Positions 47,518 to 64,000 of a stretch of 64,000 nt of DNA are shown one piece after another. The position numbers were made by a program, and so were the translations under genes. The stretch is taken from the NCBI GenBank assembly GCA_964016885.1, contig CAXHJY010001286.1, positions 1-64,000 of the forward strand, given 5' to 3'. The notes below the pieces were generated by a model that was not told the DNA's origin, searched no databases, and saw only the letters and a list, made by a program, of their open reading frames with translations. The DNA is from Eledone cirrhosa (taxonomy: Eukaryota). Position 1 is the first letter of the stretch. Each line of letters opens with the position of its first letter.

Positions 47518-48105
47518 TCTGGGTGTGTATCGAGAGAGAGAGAGAGAGATTTCGGCTATTAATCACTAATAAAGAACATTCAGACAGTCACACATTTCGA
47601 GGCATCGCACGACAGTTAGCCGAAAACGTATGTATAGTTCTTCATATGTGTGTGTCCATCATGTACTTCATGCAAGACTCTAATACGGATATAGGCGTAT
47701 ATACACATACACATACACATACACTTACATGAATTTATTTGTATAAATACTTGTGAATAGATTAGATATACGCTATAATTAACGTGCGAGTGGCTGAGCA
47801 TCTATATATATATATATATATATATATACGGGATAACAAATTATTGTTATAGGTAGTCCACTTAGATGTAGTCCAGTTAGGGTACTCCGAGTAGTGGATA
47901 GTATTAACGCTTGGCTAAGTTTGACACAACAAGATGTTTCCATAGTGATGCTGCGAGTACGCGGTGATTTCTATGTAGTTTACACTTAGAGTAATAATAA
48001 ATCAAGAAAGAAGAGTGTATAGCAAACCATGTCACTGTTCTTTCTTGATTTATATATATATATATATATATTAAAATAACAGATTAAAGTCTTCATATTT
48101 ATATA

Positions 48106-48172
<67 letters not shown>

Positions 48173-48619
48173 ACAGATTAAAGTCTTCATATTTATATAT
48201 ATATATATTTATATATATATATATAAATATATATACAAAGACAGAACAGAGAGAGATATATAGGTGTTTATTATGAATAGTACCTTAATGTTTATAAATC
48301 GTGACTTCACGTTTTATATCATAGAAATATTTTTCTCGGATTTCTATATTTGTAGCCAATAACACGATACACACGTCAAATAATATCTATCTTTCGTTGG
48401 AAGTTATTAGGGAAACAGTTATATGTAATGACACTCAAGACATCTTGTCTCATATGATCAGTTGAAGTTACGAGGAATTAAGATAATTTATAATTATAGC
48501 TAATGGATGGAAAATATGGAAAGATAAGACATTGTTTATAATCTTAAAATGTACACATGATTAGAATGTTTAAGTAAACTCGAAGAATATAATATGATGA
48601 GAATTTCAGTAATAACGGC

Positions 48620-48687
48620 AAGGGCCATAACTCTATGCGTCAAAGCATGGCGCACAACCCTCTAACAATACTGCTAATCCACCGCAC
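48620..48687 (-). mobile_element. SINE 5' fragment
   Basis: Minus strand GCGGTGGATTAGCAG...AGAGGGT..GCGCCATGCTTT..GCATAG matches 24921-24985. Confidence 0.65.
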
Positions 48688-48936
48688 TTTGATATAATAT
48701 AATGAGAATTTCTGTACTAATCTTAAACGTCGATTAATCAAGACTGCAAAAGAATCATAGACATCGAATTAATGAGTAAAATGTATCTTAAATATTTGCA
48801 ATATTTGCAATATTTAGACGATAGCTTCCTCCAGCATCAGAAAAATAGATTGGAGTGCACATGCGCAGAGATGCTATAAAACAGAATGTAGAACCTTAAA
48901 AACAGAAAAGGCAGTCCTCAGCGATCAATCGTAAAG

Positions 48937-49033
48937 TACATATATATATATATTTATATATATATGATTTATATATACATTTATATATATACATGTATAT
49001 ATATTTATATATATATATTTATATATGTATATT

Positions 49034-49131
<98 letters not shown>

Positions 49132-49441
49132 TTTATATATTTATATATATATATTTTTATATATTTATATATATATTTATATATATATATTTATATATAT
49201 ATATTTATATATATATATTTATATATATATTTATATATATATATTTATATTTATATATATATTTATATATATATATTTATATATATATATTTATATATAT
49301 ATATTTATATATATATATTTATATATATATTTATATTTATACCACGGAGGCGGAGGCACCCTTAACTCACAGTTGGGTGTGGATGCATTCATGTATATAT
49401 GTGTGTGTCCGCATGTATCTGTGTGTTTCTAAATATATATA

Positions 49442-49483
<42 letters not shown>

Positions 49484-49524
49484 TATATATATATACATAT
49501 TTATTTTTATATATATATATATTT

Positions 49525-49557
<33 letters not shown>

Positions 49558-49750
49558 TTTTATATATATATATAGATATTTTTATATATAGATATAGATA
49601 TTTTTATATATAGATAGATATATTTTTATATATAGATATATATATTTATATATATATATATATATACACATGTTTGTGTGTGTATGTATATACGTACCAC
49701 TCTTGGTTGAAAATATATACGTATATATATCTATACATCCCAATATTATA

Positions 49751-49795
<45 letters not shown>
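48937..49795. repeat. (TA)n/TTTA array with short unique islands
   Basis: Read directly from the sequence. Confidence 0.9.
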
Positions 49796-49797
<2 letters not shown>

Positions 49798-50188
49798 CAA
49801 CAAGTCTTTTTTTACCTCCCCTTATAAAACAAGCAATTATTAATACGATATTATTTATGATGACAATCGGCGTTCTTTTTATATATAGCCTGCAATTGTT
49901 TGTGTATCCGTTAAGTTTATAGAAAAATGGTTACTGTCATATGTGTGTTATAAAATGTAATTATATTATCGTCTGCAGTATTTGATTCTACTTAGTAGAC
50001 CAACCGATGTTCTTTTTCTCACTACCCTCCATTTTCTTTTTGTTATATTTATAATTTATAACAGATTAAAAATATACGCGTGACTGGTCGGTATAAACTA
50101 CGTTACTGACTATATGTAGAATTTTTTTTTTCATTTGAACAAGGTTAATATGTTCATATACACAAGCACAGATACACACGCATACATG

Positions 50189-50231
<43 letters not shown>

Positions 50232-50342
50232 GTACGTATGTATATATATATCGTGAAAACACAGATACAAAAACAATTAGTGTCATATATATATATTTAT
50301 ATATACATAAATAAAGACATACATATTATATACATACCCATA

Positions 50343-50385
<43 letters not shown>

Positions 50386-50709
50386 TTGTGTGTGGTAGTT
50401 TCGATTTAAAAGTATATATATATCAGAAGATAGAATGAGAAATAAATAATGAAACAGAATGATAAAGTGGGAAGGAACGGAAAAAAGTTGTTGGATAAAA
50501 AGAACGTGTGTGCTCAGTCAACCATCTTGGAGAATAGATAGATAGATAGATAGATAGGTAAAGTACTCAATAATTAAACCAAAGTTCATGTGAACAAATT
50601 CAGTTGTAGTACCGTTTCCCTGTTTTTTTTCTAAATGCTATAACGGAAAAGAGTAACATGAGTTTTTACGAACGAACCAGTTTTAGTCCTGAAGTCATTT
50701 CCATCACAG

Positions 50710-50770
<61 letters not shown>

Positions 50771-52147
50771 GTAAAGAGAGAGATAATTACACAATATAAT
50801 CAGTGCGCGTGTGTGTTGGTGTGTAATCACATGATTTATTTTAATTATGTTGAATAGTAATCGTCTGCCTGCAGTGAGTCATCCAGATGCTAGGACTGGA
50901 GACATAGAACGAAAGATACGTCACCGGTAGCCTCGTGAAATTTATATCCTTTTATTTTTTAACTTGATTAACTTGACACCTCAAATGATATAGTACAGCC
51001 GTGTCTCATCCCCAGCCTGAACTCTACTACTCCTCGTTGTAAATCCACAAATAATAATATATTTAGCCACAGTAACTTAGTACAATATTTCAAAGGCAAC
51101 GAGTCCTAATGGCAATCGTCGTAAAACTTATATCATCCTCGAAGTAGAGTTAGGTACATGTCCAATCATCGTTATATCATATTAGTAATTCACTGCAGTT
51201 ATTTTGCGTAGATATACTAATTTTATTTTTTAATCCTTTCTTCATATTTCTCTTCAAATTGTTCACTTAATTTGTTTGGTTGCTATGAAAATTATTATAA
51301 CGTCTAGAAATATTCATGCCATTATCCTACCAATTCTCTGCGGCTAGTTTGGTAAAATTACGTTTATTTTTTTTCCTCTCTGGCCATATTGTTTCATTCG
51401 GTTGGTTGCTATAAAAACATATTTAGAGAATCTTTATTGTTAATTGCAATCCAAGTAGAAAATTTCCAGGAAAATTTATTATAGCAGCTCAATTTTGTAA
51501 TGATTTCTACCCTGGTTTTGTTTTTATATTTTTTTCAACAGAAAATTCGTTTTTACCACTGTTTAGTTCCATTGTCTTGTATTTATTACATCAAGACATA
51601 TTTTATGAATTTATTGTTCAAAAAGCCAAAAGACACACGAAATTTGAATAATAAAATGACCAACAAAATGAAATAATATTCATTATGTCAAAGTATTTTA
51701 CAAAATTAAACGATTAGAGTTCTCTAGTGGATTTTTTTTCTTTTCTTTCCTTTTTTTTTTGATAATAAACAAAAAAGTTACATTCAAGATTTTTATTTCA
51801 TTATATTCTTCGGCCTTCATCAGGATCATAAATTTTGATACAAACAGTGTGGAAATAACAAATATCAAGTTTGAAATAGTCCAGTCACCATTTATTTTTT
51901 TATTTTCATTCTTTATACATTTTATACACAAAAAAAAAAAAAATCTAAGTCCATAAATTAATTAATTATATTTTCAACTTGAGAAAATATAATTATGGAA
52001 CATTTTTTATTATATAATCAAAAAACTAATCGTTCTCTGCTGAGATGTTTCAAAATGTTGACCAAAAAACATCGGAAGGTCACATCCGGTAGATGTTGGA
52101 AGTGAGAAACAGTTAAATATACTGCTATTATGATTTCTCTCTCTCTA

Positions 52148-52214
<67 letters not shown>

Positions 52215-52353
52215 ATAAGAGAGAGAGAGAGAGGTTTATACAATAATTTCAGTTATTTCGTGAGTTACTGGAGGTGGTACCTAATACACACAGAAACATT
52301 TATATATACTAATAAGACTGTATTGTTGCATCTCTGTGTTTGTCTTGTCATTC

Positions 52354-52457
52354 TCGATAATAAAGTACCAGTAATGGACTGGGGAGGATTGAATTGACGT
52401 TTCGCGCCCCAAAAATTGTTGGCCTTGTTTTTCAAAATCAGAAACCGTTATTATTAT
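52354..52457 (+). mobile_element. SINE 3' half, diverged
   Basis: TCGATAATAAAGTACCAGTAATGGACTGGGG...AAAATTGTTGGCCTTGT. Confidence 0.65.
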
Positions 52458-52849
52458 CATCGTGGTCCTTCTTATGGCTCTTGTTGTTGTTGTTGTTACC
52501 ACTGTATAATGACTATACAGTTACTGCTGCTTCTGCTACTGCTACTAATGTTGATGATGATGATGATGCTGTTAGTGTTGTTGTTGACACTGTAAAATGT
52601 TTGTACTATTGCTACTTTTTATGATGTTACTGTTTATATTTTTGTCACTGTATGATGATGATAATGATGATGATGATGCTCCTAATAGTCAGGATGATGA
52701 TGATGATGATGATGTCGTTGATGCTGTAGTTGTCTTGCTTGTCTCCTCTTCATTAAGAATACGATGCTATGATGAGAATCAACTAAATTATTGAGCAGAA
52801 AAATTGCTCGCGGCACTCTAGGTTAGTTATAAAGTACATTTAGTTTTGC

Positions 52850-56244
<3,395 letters not shown>

Positions 56245-56756
56245 AGGGGATGTCTCTCTGTGTATGTAATTACTATCGTGATTTCTTGTCTTTTGTGAGG
56301 AGGTCTGGGGTTGTGGAGGTAGTGGAGTGTTGAGACGATGTGTGGTTCTTGATCTATTTCATCTCCACTGATCTACATAAAAATAACGAATCACGTGCAT
56401 AGAATAAATATCAGGGAAAAGAGGAAAAAAAATAAAAAATTGAAATCAAAGAGTTATGTATCTATCCTAATGACATATTCAAGTCGGTATTTGATGTTGA
56501 TATGAACGGACGCTTGTAATAGAGCTTCCAGGAAAAAAATGGAGTTTTCCATTTTTACTTGATTGAAGAAATATTCGGTTTGGTTTTAAAAGAATCCTTG
56601 GATTATTTAACGACCGCTGTATTTTGTTATGTTGGAAGACGAGTTGTCATGACGATTTTATATAATTTCTACATATAATAGAAAAATTGCTCTCTACTCT
56701 ACCAATGTATTGGGTACCTTTTTCAACTGTGGTTATCCCGACACAGCTCGGGAATC

Positions 56757-56814
<58 letters not shown>

Positions 56815-57030
56815 CATATATGTATTTTCGAAAATGTGTTTGTCTTTACTCGAGCCTTTTTTCTGCTTCGCCTTTGTGATCCTGTCTCTGTTTGATCCTC
56901 CTGAAGAAGGTCTAAAGCCCGATATGTCGAACTTTCTTTCCTCTCTACAATATAAAGCGTGAAACTAATAAAACAATTTTTACCTCTGTTTGTTGTCTCC
57001 TTGAACTATATATATATATATATATATATA

Positions 57031-57237
57031 GGTTTGATTTGATTAAAAGAAGCCGGACTGGTGATGTTCCTTTAAAGTTTTATTGTTGCAAAAACACTAT
57101 ATATTTAAAGGTCTGGTTACGTAACCACAGGTTTCAACATCGTTAGATGAATTGCGTAACATAGTGCTTTCCTAGCTTTACACAATGTTTAACAAAACAG
57201 AATGACCAGTCCTATCCAGTGATGAACCACTAAACAT
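57031..57237 (-). mobile_element. Diverged relative of family C between two TA arrays
   Basis: AGAAGCCGGACTGGTG...CCTTTAAAGTTTTATT resembles 33436-33473. GAATGACCAGTCCTATCCAGTGATGAACCA is the reverse complement of about 33287-33316. It holds an internal TGGTTAC/GTAACCA palindrome. Confidence 0.5.
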
Positions 57238-58275
57238 AATTGAATATATATATGATATATATATATATATATATAATCTGTTTTCGCATTTCTTAACTAG
57301 AAACCATCCTGACGACATTACTAAGTTGAATATATATATTTTTTTTATTTTAAGATATATTTACACTAACTTATCTCTTACTAATGTCGCTACTTGAATT
57401 ATTAAGGCATTATATTTTATAGAGTGATTTGGTATTCGTTATACTCTATTTAAACACAACATAGTGATGATTTTAATACATCAAAACGGTCGTCGCAATC
57501 GATTTTACATTCGATAATGTTATAATGAAAATATTTATTACGCAGCTCAGACAAAAGCTGGAGATTCCACTGTGTAAATATATTAGATAATATAAACTAT
57601 TTTAATAGAAACGTGAAATTTTTATATAAATTTTCTTTTGTATTCCATGATCATAATATCTGGAACATTTATAGGAGAACATCAGATGTTACCGGAATAT
57701 TTGTCAGGTTGAAGAATGATAAGAAATTTTAGAACGATTAAAAATTCCCAATACTGAATATGAACATACCTCACCTATCACATTTTCAATCATGTTTAAT
57801 AGAAATCGATAATATTTTCATGGATTAGTATCTAATTGTTTTTATTTTATTTTTTATTGCTTACTGAAAGGATGGAAAGTAAAACCTGTGCCCCCCCCCC
57901 CCCCCCCTACACACACACCCCTACACCCCCCATCTCCCCACACACACACGGCATGCTTCAGAGAAAGGGAGACCACAACAGATCTCTTGTTAGTGTTGTA
58001 GTAAGGCATTGACTTACCTTTTAACCTAAATGCTTCTAACAGACGAAATTCTGTTAAAGACATGCAACGTCAGATAAAGTGGCGGGAAGGATTAAAAGGT
58101 GGCTGCTAAAAGATGTCACCCATACCAAATAAAGTTCATAAAAGAAACGGCCAGATTTTGGCGTAGGTTAGAGACTATGATGGAAGATCTTTTCCAAGGC
58201 TCATTGGACATGTACCATATAGTGGCATTTATGTGAGTATATATATATATATATATTTATTTATACACACACACA

Positions 58276-58320
<45 letters not shown>

Positions 58321-58396
58321 GTATATAATATATATACGTATATATATACGTATATAATATATATACGTATATATATATATATATATATATATATAC

Positions 58397-58435
<39 letters not shown>

Positions 58436-58439
<4 letters not shown>

Positions 58440-58645
58440 AACCAGTAAGACCCCGACAGCTGAGCTCAAGCCGTTTCGACGGCTAATTCTGGACTAAATC
58501 ACTTTTAGTCCAGAATTAGCCGTCGAAACGGCTTGAGCTCAGCTGTCGGGGTCTTACTGGTTCCTATTACCCACTCTACTACCCCAAGTATTGAGTACTT
58601 TGGTGCGTTATGGTCCACCTGGTTCCTTACCACATTTCCTTCGTT
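58436..58645 (+). mobile_element. Family B fold-back element with perfect inverted arms of about 63 bp
   Basis: TAGGAACCAGTAAGACCCC...GGACTAAA tcact TTTAGTCC...GGGGTCTTACTGGTTCCTA plus tail, embedded in (TA)n. Confidence 0.85.
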
Positions 58646-58732
58646 ATATATATATATATATATATACGTATATATATATACGTATATATATATATGTATA
58701 TATATATAATCATATATATATATTTATTTATG

Positions 58733-58774
<42 letters not shown>

Positions 58775-58958
58775 GCTTGGATTATTTTTTATTCGTCGTT
58801 TATATTGAACTGGTATTGTTGAAATACAATTGCCTTTTGTCATCAATATAATGATGGGATATACCTTGATATCTCTTAAGCTACACATTTTCTTACAGAG
58901 TTGTTGTTGTCGGTGGTGGTGGTGGTGGTGGTGGTGGTGCTGCCAACATAAGATTAAA

Positions 58959-62452
<3,494 letters not shown>

Positions 62453-63518
62453 AGATTAGATGCTAACCATTTTTTAGTTGAGTAGAGCTAAACACATTTT
62501 AATGCACTTACTATAATAGAACGCCATTATCCTTCATTACATTAACAACTCTATATTGTTAAGGCTCATATAATAATATTACACGCACCGTTCCGTTTAT
62601 TGAGATTTTTCACAATTTACATACACAATGGTACGTGTTCCACACAATATTGTCATTTATATAATCTATTTGTGCCAGGATTCAGTCTATATTTTCTGAT
62701 GATGTACATGTGTTTGTTGTTAACGTTGTTTATATTATAAGGTGTATATCAGTTATTTCCCTTGGTTAGTTTTTGTATATAGCTGAGTATATATTGTTAT
62801 ATTAAGAAATTATTTTGTGCTGGATGTATATATTATGTGTATGCTATGTGTGTGTGTTTGTTGTGTTTTTGGCTGTTTTATCTGATATGTATATTGCGTG
62901 CGTGTGTATTCCTTTTTTTTCTGTTGCGTGTAAAATGTATTTGTGTATGTTATATATGTCGTGTTCGTGTAATTTATAATGTATGCTTGCGTGTGTGTTC
63001 TTGTGTATGATTGTGTTTGCATGTGTGTTGTTGTGTGTGATTGTGTTTGCATATGTGTTCTTGTGTGTGCATGTGTGTTCTTGTGTACGTTATACATAAC
63101 ATGTTTGTGTAGTCTATAATGTGTATTCAAGTGTGTATGTACGTTTTCTGAGTGAGTGAGTGTCTGTGTTTTTTAATGTATTTCAATAGTGTATATTTGT
63201 CGCTTGACGCTGTCTATATTACATCTTTTCAGTATTCCTTCATATTATATAGAATGTGTGTATGTGGTGTCTATTATGTTTGTTGCGTGTATTAGATGTG
63301 TGCTATATGTGGAGGGATAGTTATGTGTATGAATTCAAGTGTTTGTGAATCAAATTGCCTTCGATAAGGAGAACACATTCAATACGAATTCCATCTCACA
63401 ATTATGAAGTATGTTCAGAAAAGAACTAAATCTGAATGAATAGAAACATCACTAGAAAGAGGTGCTATTTTAAATAAACATGTTTTAACGGTTTGTTTTT
63501 CTTTATATATATCTCCAC

Positions 63519-63519
<1 letters not shown>

Positions 63520-63557
<38 letters not shown>

Positions 63558-63566
63558 ATATATATT

Positions 63567-63597
<31 letters not shown>

Positions 63598-63827
63598 TTA
63601 TATATATATTTATATATATATTTATATATATATTTATATATATATTTATATAAATTTATATATATATATTTATATATATATTTTATATATATATATATAT
63701 TTATGTTTATATATATTTATATATATATATATATTTATATATATATTTATATATATTTATATATATATATTTATATATATTTATATATATATATTTATAT
63801 ATATATATATTTATATTTATATATATT

Positions 63828-63858
<31 letters not shown>

Positions 63859-64000
63859 ATGTTTATATTTATATATATATTTATATTTATATATATATTT
63901 ATATATATATATTTATATTTATATATATTTATTTATATATATTTATATATATTTATATATGTATTTATATATATATTTATATATATTTATATATATATTT
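63520..64000. repeat. (TA)n/TTTA array running off the window
   Basis: Read directly from the sequence. Confidence 0.95.

Noticed and set aside
51803-51830. Minus-strand CTGATGA-AGGCC-GAAG
   Set aside because: Stem II is too short, GAAA is absent and there is no stem I. Other isolated CTGAnGA hits (about 7226, 7587, 12406, 31005, 57309, 62696) were rejected for the same reasons.

Overview
This is AT-rich, repeat-dominated eukaryotic DNA. I infer a coleoid cephalopod (Octopus-like) source from recall of its SINE family and from the very high (TA)n/(CA)n content; no database search was run. I found no credible protein-coding gene: all long ORFs are translations of microsatellites. Roughly 40% of the window is simple or cryptic microsatellite, with several SINE copies, minisatellites and a small Tc1/mariner-type MITE in between. 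The main unannotated signal is a set of minimal type I hammerhead ribozyme (HHR) motifs (stem I - CTGAnGA - stem II - GAAA - short palindromic stem III - UH - stem I). They belong to at least five sequence families and sit in short non-coding elements, mostly in or next to (TA)n arrays. Two elements carry the HHR twice in inverted orientation: a 215-bp hairpin with a 17-bp target-site-like duplication, and a 1.3-kb element with 136-bp inverted repeats. In both pairs one copy has a catalytic-core mutation. One family has a second copy that starts at the predicted self-cleavage site. A further six-copy fold-back family carries only the 3' half of an HHR. Together this resembles a system of non-autonomous Penelope-like/retrozyme elements that target TA microsatellites. 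Ribozyme activity and novelty are untested.
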